From Gammaproteobacteria bacterium (GTDB lineage Bacteria > Pseudomonadota > Gammaproteobacteria > Natronospirales > JAIVGZ01), in contig JBBEAN010000015.1 of NCBI GenBank assembly GCA_040882865.1, positions 40,779 to 104,778 on the forward strand: a stretch of 64,000 nucleotides of DNA, written 5' to 3'. Each line of letters opens with the position of its first letter. Position 1 is the first letter of the stretch. Below are positions 10,427 through 20,124 of the stretch, in pieces. A program made the position numbers and the translations under genes. The notes beneath the pieces were generated by a model. The model ran no database searches. It was not told where the DNA came from and saw nothing but the letters and a program-made list of their open reading frames with translations.

Positions 10427-11591
10427 CCCCGTCGTCATCGTCGCCGCACGCCGCACCCCGATCGGCTCGTTCCAGGGCGCGCTCGCGGCGCTGTCCGCGC
10501 CGGAGCTCGGCGCAGCGACCATTCGCGCCGCGCTTGCCGACAGTGGGCTCCCCGCGGATGCGGTTTCGGAAGTCATCATGGGCTGCGTATTGCCGGCTGG
10601 CCTCGGCCAGGCGCCCGCGCGCCAAGCCGCGCTTGGCGCCGGGCTACCGGTCGGTGTCGGCTGTACCACCGTCAACAAAGTGTGTGGCTCCGGCATGAAG
10701 GCCGCGATGTTCGCGCATGACCTCCTCATCGCCGGGAGCGCGGAAGTCGTCATCGCCGGCGGCATGGAGTCGATGACCAACGCACCGTTCCTCGTACCGC
10801 GCGGCCTGCGGATGGGCCATGCCGAATTGCTCGACCACATGTTCTTCGACGGGCTGCAGAACCCGTACGACAAGCAGATGATGGGGATGTTCGGAGACCA
10901 GTGTGCGGACAAATACGGCTTTACCCGCGAAAAGCAGGATGCGTTCGCGATCGAGTCGGTGAAGCGTGCGAACCGAGCACTTGCCGAAGGCGACTTCGTC
11001 GACGAAATCGCTCCGGTCATGGTGAAGACGCGCAAGGGTGACGTCGAGGTCGCGACCGACGAGGAGCCGCCGCGTTGCAACATCGAGAAGATTCCAACGC
11101 TCAAAGCGGCATTCCGGCGTGACGGCGGCACAGTGACCGCGGCGAGTTCATCGTCGATTTCCGACGGGGCTGCCGCGCTCGTGATGATGCGCGAGAGCAC
11201 CGCCAAGGCGCGCGGCCTGGTCGTGCTCGCACACGTCGTCGGCCATGCGGGCCACGCGCACGAGCCGGGCTGGTTCACCACGGCTCCGGTGAAGGCCATC
11301 TCTTCGCTGCACGAGAAGCTCGGCTGGAGCGCCGACACCGTCGACCTGTACGAAATCAACGAGGCGTTCGCCGTCGTCACGATGGCGGCGATGCACGAGC
11401 TTGGCCTTGACCATGCGAAGGTGAACGTCAACGGCGGCGCATGCGCGCTCGGCCATCCGATCGGCGCGTCCGGCGCGCGACTCATGGTCACGCTGTTGCA
11501 TGCGCTGAAGCGCCGCGGCTTGAAACGCGGCATCGCTTCGCTCTGTCTCGGCGGCGGCGAGGCGACCGCCATTGGACTCGAGATCGCGTAA
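10419..11591 (+). CDS. acetyl-CoA C-acetyltransferase (thiolase II)
   Basis: 390 aa. Active-site Cys region [12 protein letters not shown]-terminal [17 protein letters not shown]. Overlaps liuA by 8 nt. Confidence 0.9.
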   Translation: MVDPVVIVAARRTPIGSFQGALAALSAPELGAATIRAALADSGLPADAVSEVIMGCVLPAGLGQAPARQAALGAGLPVGVGCTTVNKVCGSGMKAAMFAHDLLIAGSAEVVIAGGMESMTNAPFLVPRGLRMGHAELLDHMFFDGLQNPYDKQMMGMFGDQCADKYGFTREKQDAFAIESVKRANRALAEGDFVDEIAPVMVKTRKGDVEVATDEEPPRCNIEKIPTLKAAFRRDGGTVTAASSSSISDGAAALVMMRESTAKARGLVVLAHVVGHAGHAHEPGWFTTAPVKAISSLHEKLGWSADTVDLYEINEAFAVVTMAAMHELGLDHAKVNVNGGACALGHPIGASGARLMVTLLHALKRRGLKRGIASLCLGGGEATAIGLEIA

Positions 11592-11606
11592 GCGCCGGAG
11601 CCGCCG

Positions 11607-13187
11607 ATGCCAGTGATCCGTTCTGCAATCGACACCGGCTCGCCCGAATTCGCCGCGAATGCGGCGCACCTGCGCGGCCTCGTCGCGGACCTGAAAGAAC
11701 AACTCCGCGTCACCGCCCTCGGCGGTAGCGAACGCGCACGCCAGAAGCACCTCGACCGCGGCAAACTCCTGCCGCGAGAGCGCGTGACCGCCCTGCTCGA
11801 CCCGGGAAGCCCGTTTCTCGAAATCGCCCCGCTCGCGGCGCACGGCCTGTATGGCGGTAACGCACCGGCTGCGGGGCTCGTGACCGGCATCGGACTGGTG
11901 CACGGCCGCGAAGTCATGGTCGTCGCGAACGACGCCACCGTGAAAGGCGGCACGTACTATCCGCTGACCGTGAAGAAACACCTGCGCGCCCAGGAAATTG
12001 CGCTCGAAAACGCGCTACCGTGCGTGTACCTCGTCGACTCCGGCGGCGCATTCCTGCCGCTGCAGGATGAGGTGTTCCCCGACCGAGACCACTTCGGTCG
12101 CATTTTCTACAACCAAGCCCAACTCTCGGCCGCGGGCATCCCGCAGGTCGCCGTCGTGCTCGGCTCGTGCACCGCGGGCGGCGCATACGTCCCCGCGATG
12201 TGCGACGAAGCGATCATTGTCCGGAATCAGGGCACGATTTTCCTCGGTGGGCCGCCACTGGTCAAAGCGGCGACCGGTGAAGTCGTCGATGCCGAAACGC
12301 TCGGCGGCGGCGATGTGCATAGCCGCACCTCCGGCGTCACCGACCACCTCGCCGACGACGACGCGCACGCGCTTTCAATCGCGCGCGACATCGTGCTGCA
12401 CCTTAATCGCCCCGCCGCCATGTCGCTCGCGACGCGGCCCGCAACCGAACCGCTGTATCCGGCCGAGGACCTGTACGGCATCGTGCCCCAGGACACGCGC
12501 TACCCCTACGAAGTGCGTGAGGTCATCGCGCGCCTCGTCGACGGCTCCGAATTCCACGAGTTCAAGTCGCTGTATGGCAAGACGCTCGTCACCGGCTTCG
12601 CACACCTGCACGGCTACCCTGTCGGCATCATCGCGAACAACGGCATCCTGTTTTCGGAATCCGCCCAGAAAGGCGCGCATTTCATCGAACTGTGCTGCCA
12701 GCGCGGCATCCCGCTCGTGTTCCTGCAGAACATCACCGGCTTCATGGTCGGCAGCAAATACGAGCACGGCGGGATTGCGAAGGATGGCGCGAAGATGGTC
12801 AACGCGGTCGCGACGGCGCAGGTACCGAAGTTCACCGTGATCGTCGGCGGCTCGTTCGGCGCGGGCAACTACGCGATGTGCGGCCGCGCATACGGCGGCC
12901 GCATGCTCTGGACCTGGCCGAATGCGCGCATCTCGGTGATGGGCGGCGAGCAAGCGGCCTCGGTGCTCGCGTCCGTGCGGCGCAGCGACGACGATGAGGA
13001 ATCGTTCAAGGCGAAAATCCGCGAGCAGTACGAAACCCAGGGCCATCCGTACTATGCGAGCGCGCGCCTCTGGGATGACGGGGTGATCGACCCTGCGGAC
13101 ACGCGTCGCGTGCTCGGCATGGCGATTGCCACGGCGACCAACCGCCCGTGGCAAAAAGGGATGCACCACGGTGTTTTTCGGTTCTAA
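11607..13187 (+). CDS. liuB: methylcrotonyl-CoA carboxylase, carboxyltransferase (beta) subunit
   Basis: 526 aa carboxyltransferase domain protein, sitting between ivd and the biotin carboxylase subunit. Confidence 0.9.
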   Translation: MPVIRSAIDTGSPEFAANAAHLRGLVADLKEQLRVTALGGSERARQKHLDRGKLLPRERVTALLDPGSPFLEIAPLAAHGLYGGNAPAAGLVTGIGLVHGREVMVVANDATVKGGTYYPLTVKKHLRAQEIALENALPCVYLVDSGGAFLPLQDEVFPDRDHFGRIFYNQAQLSAAGIPQVAVVLGSCTAGGAYVPAMCDEAIIVRNQGTIFLGGPPLVKAATGEVVDAETLGGGDVHSRTSGVTDHLADDDAHALSIARDIVLHLNRPAAMSLATRPATEPLYPAEDLYGIVPQDTRYPYEVREVIARLVDGSEFHEFKSLYGKTLVTGFAHLHGYPVGIIANNGILFSESAQKGAHFIELCCQRGIPLVFLQNITGFMVGSKYEHGGIAKDGAKMVNAVATAQVPKFTVIVGGSFGAGNYAMCGRAYGGRMLWTWPNARISVMGGEQAASVLASVRRSDDDEESFKAKIREQYETQGHPYYASARLWDDGVIDPADTRRVLGMAIATATNRPWQKGMHHGVFRF

Positions 13188-13203
13188 CATCATGAAAGAA
13201 CCG

Positions 13204-13232
13204 GTTGGAGCGACGCTCTCGGCGTCGCGATT
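13204..13232 (+). repeat. REP-like element (variant stem)
   Basis: GTTGGAGCGACGC-TCTCG-GCGTCGCGATT in the liuB-liuC spacer. The stem and loop are identical to the copy at 52927-52955. Confidence 0.65.
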
Positions 13233-13235
13233 ATC

Positions 13236-14015
13236 ATGAACGGCGTCAACCTTTCAACGAGCACCGGCGTCTCGACGATCACGCTCGACCGGCCGGACGT
13301 CCACAATGCGTTCGACGACACGTTGATTGCAGAACTCACCGACGTATTGCGGCGCATCGACGCCGACGATGCGACGCGTGTCGTCGTGCTCACCGGCGCT
13401 GGCAAGTCGTTCTCGAGCGGTGCGGATCTCGGTTGGATGCAGCGCATGGCCGGGTACGACGCGGGCGCGAATCGCGCCGATGCGCTGAAGCTCGCCGAAT
13501 TGATGCGTACCCTCGATACGCTGTCGAAGCCCACAATCGCGCGCGTGAACGGAGCGGCGTTCGGTGGCGCTGTCGGCTTGGTTGCGTGCTGCGACATCGC
13601 CGTTTCGCTCGACCTCGCAAAGTATTCGCTGTCTGAAGTACGTCTCGGGCTTGTCCCCGCCGTCATTGCACCGTACGTCGTTCGGGCGATCGGTGCGCGC
13701 GAGGCGCGCCGCTGGTTCCTGACCGCAGACGCGTTCGATGCCGCGACTGCGCAGCGTATCGGCCTTGTCCATGAAGTCGTGACTGTTGCCGGTCTCGACC
13801 ACACGGTGTCACGCCAGGTCGAGTTGTTGCTTCGCGGCGGCCCGACGGCGCTCGCATCGGCAAAACGGCTCGTCGCGCGGCTGTCGCCCACCGTTGATGA
13901 AGCCCTGATGGTTGAGACGGCCGAATTGATCGCGGCACTTCGCGTCTCGCCCGAGGGACAGGAAGGCCTGACCGCGTTCCTGGAAAAACGCAGCGTGCAC
14001 TGGATCGATGTTTAG
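13236..14015 (+). CDS. liuC: enoyl-CoA hydratase family, probable methylglutaconyl-CoA hydratase
   Basis: 259 aa crotonase fold (VVLTGAGKSFSSGADL). The call rests mainly on its position in the liu-type cluster. Confidence 0.8.
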   Translation: MNGVNLSTSTGVSTITLDRPDVHNAFDDTLIAELTDVLRRIDADDATRVVVLTGAGKSFSSGADLGWMQRMAGYDAGANRADALKLAELMRTLDTLSKPTIARVNGAAFGGAVGLVACCDIAVSLDLAKYSLSEVRLGLVPAVIAPYVVRAIGAREARRWFLTADAFDAATAQRIGLVHEVVTVAGLDHTVSRQVELLLRGGPTALASAKRLVARLSPTVDEALMVETAELIAALRVSPEGQEGLTAFLEKRSVHWIDV

Positions 14016-15876
14016 CAAGGTATTAATCGCCAACCGCGGCGAAATCGCCTGCCGGGTGATTGCGACCTGCCGGCGCCTCGGGATTCCGACGGCCGCGGTC
14101 TATTCAAACCCCGACCGCAGCGCCCGCCACCGTCATGCGGCTGACGAAGCGGTGGCGCTCGGGGGCGCACTCGCCGCGGAGTCATACCTCGACGCGGACA
14201 AAATCATCGCGGCCGCGCGCGCGACCGGTGCCGACGCGATCCATCCCGGCTATGGGTTCCTGTCAGAAAATGCCGCGTTCGCGCGACGCTGCGAAGCGGA
14301 GGACATCGCGTTCATCGGGCCATCCGCGGACACGATCGACGCGATGGGGTCAAAGATTGAATCGAAGCGGGTGATGGAAAAAGCTGGGGTGCCTTGCGTG
14401 CCGGGCTACCACGGCGCGTCGCAGGACGATACGGCGCTCGCGGACGAGGCACAGCGGGTGGGCTTCCCGCTGCTGATCAAGGCCAGCGCGGGGGGGGGCG
14501 GTCGCGGCATGCGCATCGTGCGCGACGCCTCGGGCTTCGACGACGCGCTCGCGGGCGCGCGCCGTGAGGCGCTCGCCGCGTTCGACGACGACGCCGTGCT
14601 GCTGGAGCGCTTCATCGAACGTCCCAGGCATATCGAATTCCAAGTGTTCGGCGACGCTCACGGCAATGTCGTGCATCTGTTCGAACGCGAATGCTCTCTA
14701 CAACGCCGTTATCAAAAAATCGTCGAGGAGTCGCCATCGCCGTTTCTCGACGACGCGCTCCGCACGCGCATGGGCGACGCCGCGGTCGCCGCAGCGCGCG
14801 CCGTGGGCTACCGGAATGCGGGTACCGTTGAGTTCATCGTGTCGCCGAACGGCGAGTTTTTCTTCATGGAAATGAACACGCGGCTGCAAGTCGAACACCC
14901 GGTCACCGAACTGGTCACGGGCCTCGACCTCGTCGAGTGGCAGCTGCGCGTCGCCGCAGGCGAGCGGCTGCCTCGAGCGCAGGGCGATCTCGCTCAGTGC
15001 GGGCACGCCATTGAGGTCCGCATCTACGCCGAGAACACCGAGCGGGATTTCATCCCGACGACCGGCCGTATCACCCGGGTCGTGTTCCCTGTGGACGAGA
15101 ATGTGCGCATCGATACCGGCGTCGCCTCCGGCGACGAGATCAGCGCGTATTACGACCCGATGATTGCGAAGCTGTGCGTGAGCGCGCCGAACCGGAAGAA
15201 GGCCGTGCAGCGGCTGCGCGAGGCGCTCGATGCGACCGCAGTGTTCGGGCTGGTGACCAATCTGCCGCTGCTGCGCGCCATCGTGCGCGAGCCCGCGTTC
15301 TCCGACGGTGCCGTCGACACGGGTTGGGTCGAGCGGGAAATGGACGCGCTACGCGTCGGCGAGCCACCGACGGCCGTGCTCGCGGCAGCGGCCACCGCGA
15401 TCGATACCGGCTGGCGTCGAAATGCGATGACCGCGCGACCCACCGATCCAGGGTCCCCGTGGCTCGCAACCCAACCCGTCGAACTGGCATTCAGCCCGCG
15501 CGGGCAGGCGGAACCGGTGTGGCGGACCCGACCGTCGTCCGTCGATGCCGAGGTGCTGACGCACGGCCGCGAGGTGCAGGTCGCGCAGGGCGGCGGCTGC
15601 TGGGAACTCGAGTATCGCCCGCCGTTCGCGCCACGCGTGCAGGTCGGCGACGACGAGGCGCATCCGGGCGCACCGATGCCCGGACGCGTCGTCTCGGTGC
15701 AGTGTGAGCCGGGTCAGCGGGTGTCCCCCGGCCAGGTCCTGTTGGTCCTGGAAGCGATGAAGATGGAATACACCTTGCAGGCGCGCACACACGGCGTTGT
15801 CGCACACATCCATTACAAGGTCGGCGACATGGTGGATGCCGAGGTGCCGCTCGTGGACATCACACCCGATGAATGA
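14008..15876 (+). CDS. liuD: methylcrotonyl-CoA carboxylase, biotin carboxylase/BCCP (alpha) subunit
   Basis: 622 aa. ATP-grasp domain (KASAGGGGRGMRIV) and C-terminal biotinyl motif EAMKMEY. Confidence 0.9.
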   Translation: MFSKVLIANRGEIACRVIATCRRLGIPTAAVYSNPDRSARHRHAADEAVALGGALAAESYLDADKIIAAARATGADAIHPGYGFLSENAAFARRCEAEDIAFIGPSADTIDAMGSKIESKRVMEKAGVPCVPGYHGASQDDTALADEAQRVGFPLLIKASAGGGGRGMRIVRDASGFDDALAGARREALAAFDDDAVLLERFIERPRHIEFQVFGDAHGNVVHLFERECSLQRRYQKIVEESPSPFLDDALRTRMGDAAVAAARAVGYRNAGTVEFIVSPNGEFFFMEMNTRLQVEHPVTELVTGLDLVEWQLRVAAGERLPRAQGDLAQCGHAIEVRIYAENTERDFIPTTGRITRVVFPVDENVRIDTGVASGDEISAYYDPMIAKLCVSAPNRKKAVQRLREALDATAVFGLVTNLPLLRAIVREPAFSDGAVDTGWVEREMDALRVGEPPTAVLAAAATAIDTGWRRNAMTARPTDPGSPWLATQPVELAFSPRGQAEPVWRTRPSSVDAEVLTHGREVQVAQGGGCWELEYRPPFAPRVQVGDDEAHPGAPMPGRVVSVQCEPGQRVSPGQVLLVLEAMKMEYTLQARTHGVVAHIHYKVGDMVDAEVPLVDITPDE

Positions 15877-16792
15877 AGAATACTTCCGCATCGTCGAGGT
15901 CGGCGTTCGCGACGGCCTGCAAAACGAGTCGCAGGTCATCCCGACCGCGACGAAGCTCGATCTGATTGCACGGCTCGGCGCGAGCGGCCTGAAGACCATC
16001 GAGGCGACGAGCTTCGTCAGCGCGAAGTGGGTCCCACAACTCGCCGACGCGGACGAGCTGTACCGCGCGCTCGAGCGCCTTCCCGACGTGCGGTACCCGG
16101 TACTCGTGCCGAATGAGAAGGGCATGCAACGCGCCCTCGCCGCGGGCGTCCAGGAAATCGCGGTATTCACGGCTGCGTCGGAGTCATTCAACCAGAAGAA
16201 CATCAACTGCTCGATCGCAGAATCGCTCGCCCGCTTCGAACCGGTGATGGCGCTCGCGCGGCAACATAAAGTGGCGGTGCGTGGTTACGTATCGTGCGTG
16301 TTGGGCTGCCCGTATGAGGGCGAGGTCGCAGTCGACGAGGTCGCGCGCGTTGCGCGTGCGCTGCACGACATGGGCTGTTACGAGGTCTCGCTCGGCGACA
16401 CCATTGGTGTCGGCACCCCGCTGAAGGCGCGGCGCATGGTTGAGCGCGTCGCGGAGGACGTCCCCGTGGACAGGCTCGCCGCGCATTTCCACGATACGTA
16501 CGGCCAGGCGCTCGCGAATCTCAGCGCGTGCATCGAGGTCGGGGTGCGTACCGCCGACGCGTCGGTCGCGGGCCTCGGCGGATGTCCCTATGCGCAGGGC
16601 GCGAGCGGCAATGTCGCGACCGAGGACGTCGCGTACCTGTTACAGGGCTTGGGTTTCGAGACAGGCATCGACCTCGTCGCGCTCGTGGAAGCCGGCCGTT
16701 TCATCACGGGGGTGCTCGGCCGTGAGCCTGCGAGCAAGCTCGGCAAGCTCTCGGCAGAATCCATCCGCCGCTGGACGGCGCACAAGTTGTAG
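15869..16792 (+). CDS. liuE: hydroxymethylglutaryl-CoA lyase
   Basis: Start moved to ATG 15869 (MNEEYFRIVEVGVRDGLQNE), overlapping the liuD stop by 8 nt. The stop codon TAG lies inside the REP head. Confidence 0.9.
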   Translation: MNEEYFRIVEVGVRDGLQNESQVIPTATKLDLIARLGASGLKTIEATSFVSAKWVPQLADADELYRALERLPDVRYPVLVPNEKGMQRALAAGVQEIAVFTAASESFNQKNINCSIAESLARFEPVMALARQHKVAVRGYVSCVLGCPYEGEVAVDEVARVARALHDMGCYEVSLGDTIGVGTPLKARRMVERVAEDVPVDRLAAHFHDTYGQALANLSACIEVGVRTADASVAGLGGCPYAQGASGNVATEDVAYLLQGLGFETGIDLVALVEAGRFITGVLGREPASKLGKLSAESIRRWTAHKL

Positions 16793-16815
16793 GAGCGGCG
16801 CCTTTGCGCCGCGAA
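16789..16815 (+). repeat. REP-like element
   Basis: GTAGGAGCGGCGC-CTTT-GCGCCGCGAA. Its GTAG head contains the liuE stop codon. Confidence 0.7.
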
Positions 16816-16834
16816 ATAGAGATGAGGAAATGCG

Positions 16835-17605
16835 ATGAAGTTCGATAACTCAGTCAAAGCCATCATTTCCGGCGGCGTCTCCGGCCTCGGCCTCGCCGTC
16901 GCGGAACGCGTCGTTGCCGCCGGCGGTCATGCTGCCCTGCTTGATGTGAACGCCGACGCGGGCGCTGCGGCCACCGAGAAACTCGGGAAACGCACGCTGT
17001 TCGTACGCACCGACGTGTCGGTTGAATCGCAGGTCAACGACGCAGTTGCGCAGGCCGTCGACGCGTTCGGTGGCGTGAACCTCGCGGTGAATTGTGCCGG
17101 CGTGCTCGGGGCCGGCCGCGTCCTCGGAAAGCAGGGACCGATGCCGACCGACAACTTTGCAAAAGTCATTCACATCAACCTCATTGGCACGTTCAACCTG
17201 TCGAAGGCCGCTGCGCAGGCGATGGAGGCGAACTCGCCGGACGAGGATGGCCAGCGGGGGCTGATCATCAACACCGCGTCGGTTGCCGCCTTCGAGGGGC
17301 AGATTGGGCAGGCCGCGTATTCGGCGTCGAAAGGCGGCGTGGTCGGTATGACGCTGCCGATGGCGCGCGAGTTCGCGCGCATCGGCGTACGCGTCGTCAC
17401 GATCGCGCCCGGCATTTTCTGGACGCCGATGATGGAGGGCATGCCGCCCGATGTGCAGGCCTCGCTCGGCAAGCAGGTGCCGTTCCCGTCGCGCCTGGGG
17501 CGTCCCGACGAATACGCGACACTCGTCGTGTCGGTTTGGGAGAACAGCATGATCAACGGCACGACCATCCGCCTCGATGGCGCGATTCGTATGCAACCGA
17601 AGTAA
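16835..17605 (+). CDS. short-chain dehydrogenase, 3-hydroxyacyl-CoA dehydrogenase type-2-like
   Basis: 256 aa with SD GAGG. NAD motif SGGVSGLG and catalytic YSASK. Confidence 0.8.
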   Translation: MKFDNSVKAIISGGVSGLGLAVAERVVAAGGHAALLDVNADAGAAATEKLGKRTLFVRTDVSVESQVNDAVAQAVDAFGGVNLAVNCAGVLGAGRVLGKQGPMPTDNFAKVIHINLIGTFNLSKAAAQAMEANSPDEDGQRGLIINTASVAAFEGQIGQAAYSASKGGVVGMTLPMAREFARIGVRVVTIAPGIFWTPMMEGMPPDVQASLGKQVPFPSRLGRPDEYATLVVSVWENSMINGTTIRLDGAIRMQPK

Positions 17606-17609
17606 CCGA

Positions 17610-19208
17610 ATGGATACCGCGCGCGAGGTGATGGAATACGACGTCGTCGTCGTCGGCGCGGGACCCGCGGGCCTCGGGTGTGCGATCCGGCTGAAGCAAC
17701 AGCGGCCTGAACTCACGGTCTGCGTGCTCGAGAAAGGCGCAGAAGTCGGCGCGCACATCCTGTCCGGTTGCGTGATGGAGCCAGCGGCGCTCGATGCGCT
17801 GCTGCCCGCGTGGCGGGAATCACCACCGTCCGTGTGCGTTCCGGTCACCGCCGATGAGTTCTCGCTGCTGACTTCGACACGCCGCATCCGATTCCCGACG
17901 CCGCCGCAACAACGCAACCACGGCAATTTCATCGTCTCGCTCGGTGGCCTATGCCGCTGGCTCGCGACCCAGGCAGAAGCGCTCGGCGTCGAGGTTTTCC
18001 CGGGATTCGCCGCCGCGACGCCGCTGATTGAAGCGGGTCGCGTGCGCGGTGTGCGCGTCGGCGACATGGGTCGCGAGCGTGATGGCTCACCTGGGCCCAA
18101 CTACGCGCCAGGCGTCGACATCTTTGCGGGCGTCACTGTCGTCGCCGAAGGCTGCCGCGGTTCGCTCGCCAAGTCGTTGATCGCCGAGTTTGACCTCGGT
18201 GCCAACAGCCAGCCACAGACCTACGGCCTCGGTTTCAAGGAGCTCTGGCAACTGCCGCCGGGGCGCACCCAGCCTGGCCTCGTGCAACACACGATCGGCT
18301 GGCCGCTCGACAACGCGACCTATGGTGGCTCATTCGTGTACCACCTCGACGACGACCGCGTGTACGTCGGCTTCGTGGTCGGTCTCGACTACACGCATCC
18401 GGACTTCAAGCCGTTCGATGCGTTCCAGACGTTCAAGCACCACCCGTCGGTGCATTCACTGCTCGATGGCGGCGAAATCCTGTCGGCCGGCGCGCGCAGT
18501 CTGATTGAAGGTGGTATCCAATCGCTGCCGCAGTTGGACATGCCCGGCGCGATGCTGGTCGGCGACGCCGCTGGCACGCTGAACGTGCCGAAAATCAAGG
18601 GCGTGCACATGGCCATTCGCACCGGCATGCTCGCGGCGGAACACTATGCCGATGCGGAACGCGCAGAGGGCTTCGACGCGGCATGGCGCGCGTCGGCTTC
18701 CGCGCGCGAGCTGCACCGCGTACGTAACATCCGCCCCGGGTTCCGGTGGGGACTTTGGACAGGGCTCGCGAACGCGGCGCTCGAGACAATCACTTTCGGC
18801 AAACTGCCGTGGACGCTCGCAAATCACGACGACTGGACAGTGACGCAGATGCAGGATCGCGTCGACGCGCTCCCGGACAGTGGCGCTGTTCGCGACCTGC
18901 CGCCGCGCGACCGGCTCGCATCGGTGTTCTTCGCGGCGACCGCGCACGACGAGAACCAACCGGTGCACCTGAAAGTCGCGGACACGAACATCTGCGTCGA
19001 CCGCTGCACGGTCGAGTACGGGAACCCCTGCACGCGGTTCTGTCCCGCTGGGGTGTACGAGATGGTCGACGAAGGCGATGGGCGACGTCTGCAGATCAAT
19101 GCAGCGAACTGTGTGCACTGCAAGGCGTGCGACATCAAGGACCCGTACGCAATCATCACCTGGACGACGCCCGAGGGCGGCTCGGGGCCGAACTACCAGA
19201 ATCTCTGA
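17610..19208 (+). CDS. electron-transfer flavoprotein:ubiquinone oxidoreductase (ETF-QO)
   Basis: FAD motif DVVVVGAGPAGL. C-terminal 4Fe-4S cysteines (CTRFCPAGVY..CVHCKACDIKDP). Start set to ATG 17610. Confidence 0.9.
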   Translation: MDTAREVMEYDVVVVGAGPAGLGCAIRLKQQRPELTVCVLEKGAEVGAHILSGCVMEPAALDALLPAWRESPPSVCVPVTADEFSLLTSTRRIRFPTPPQQRNHGNFIVSLGGLCRWLATQAEALGVEVFPGFAAATPLIEAGRVRGVRVGDMGRERDGSPGPNYAPGVDIFAGVTVVAEGCRGSLAKSLIAEFDLGANSQPQTYGLGFKELWQLPPGRTQPGLVQHTIGWPLDNATYGGSFVYHLDDDRVYVGFVVGLDYTHPDFKPFDAFQTFKHHPSVHSLLDGGEILSAGARSLIEGGIQSLPQLDMPGAMLVGDAAGTLNVPKIKGVHMAIRTGMLAAEHYADAERAEGFDAAWRASASARELHRVRNIRPGFRWGLWTGLANAALETITFGKLPWTLANHDDWTVTQMQDRVDALPDSGAVRDLPPRDRLASVFFAATAHDENQPVHLKVADTNICVDRCTVEYGNPCTRFCPAGVYEMVDEGDGRRLQINAANCVHCKACDIKDPYAIITWTTPEGGSGPNYQNL

Positions 19209-19362
19209 CGGGGCTCTCGGCGCGGCGACGAATTGCCACGGCGCCGGGTACGGCTCGCTCAGCTCGTGAGAAGTCACAAACCGACTTCTATCTCGCTTCG
19301 CGAGGTACCCGTCGCCGAGCTTACGTCGGTGGCCCGACCAATCAGGGGTCACCGACCGAGGT

Positions 19363-19371
19363 TGATATAAT
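19363..19371 (+). promoter_or_regulatory. extended -10 promoter element immediately upstream of etfB
   Basis: TGATATAAT, with TATAAT at 19366-19371. Only 6 nt (GACCGC) separate it from ATG 19378, and there is no SD. Confidence 0.4.
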
Positions 19372-19377
19372 GACCGC

Positions 19378-20124
19378 ATGAAAATCTTGGTAACCATCAA
19401 GCGCGTGGTCGATTTCAACGTCCGCGTCCAGTTAAAACGTGACCAATCCGGCGTCGTCACCGACGGCGTGAAGATGGGCATCAATCCGTTCGACGAGATT
19501 GCGCTCGAAGAGGCGCTCCGCATCCGCGAGCGCGGCGAGGCCGAAGAGGTCGTCGTCGTGTCGCTGGGCGGCGCCGAGGTCCAGCAGCAGCTCCGCACGG
19601 CGCTCGCGATGGGTGCCGACCGCGCGATTCTGGTTGAAACCGCAGATGCGCTGCAGCCGCTCGAGGTCGCACACGCACTGAAAGTGCTCGTCGCACGCGA
19701 GGACCCCGGCCTCGTGCTGATGGGCAAGCAGGCCATCGATGACGACGCCGCGCAAGCTGGCCCGATGCTCGCCGCGTTGCTCGATTGGCCGCAAGCGACA
19801 TTCGCATCCAAGCTCGACCTCACCGGCGATACCGCAACCGTCGTGCGCGAAGTCGATGGCGGTCTCGAGACGCTTGAAGTCGACCTGCCCGCCGTCGTCA
19901 CGAGCGATTTGCGCCTGAACCAACCGCGCTTCGTGAAGATGCCTGACATCATGAAAGCGCGCAGCAAGCCGCTCGAAACCATCCCGTATGCGGACCTAGG
20001 GGTCGTCGCGCAATCGCGCCTCGAAACCGTCACGCATGAGTCACCGCCGAAGCGCAGCGGGGGTCGACGCGTCGCCGATGTCGCGGAGCTCGTCGGCGAG
20101 CTCCGCAAACGGGGTGCGCTATGA
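19378..20124 (+). CDS. etfB: electron transfer flavoprotein beta subunit
   Basis: 248 aa starting MKILVTIKRVVDFNVRV.., typical EtfB. Confidence 0.9.
   Translation: MKILVTIKRVVDFNVRVQLKRDQSGVVTDGVKMGINPFDEIALEEALRIRERGEAEEVVVVSLGGAEVQQQLRTALAMGADRAILVETADALQPLEVAHALKVLVAREDPGLVLMGKQAIDDDAAQAGPMLAALLDWPQATFASKLDLTGDTATVVREVDGGLETLEVDLPAVVTSDLRLNQPRFVKMPDIMKARSKPLETIPYADLGVVAQSRLETVTHESPPKRSGGRRVADVAELVGELRKRGAL
20083..20106 (+). other. perfect 10-bp stem-loop inside the etfB 3' end, 15 nt before the etfA start
   Basis: GCGGAGCTCG-TCGG-CGAGCTCCGC. Confidence 0.6.

Noticed and set aside
9200-11953. Very long antisense or out-of-frame ORFs. Examples: 9200-11953(-) 917 aa, 18456-20921(-) 821 aa, 53603-56002(+) 799 aa, 1222-2985(-), 38006-39259(-), 24768-26213(+), 51559-53160(+).
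   Set aside because: They lie opposite or out of frame to genes with clear family motifs. Their Arg/Ala/Pro/Gly-rich, motif-free translations are typical of stop-codon-poor frames in GC-rich DNA.
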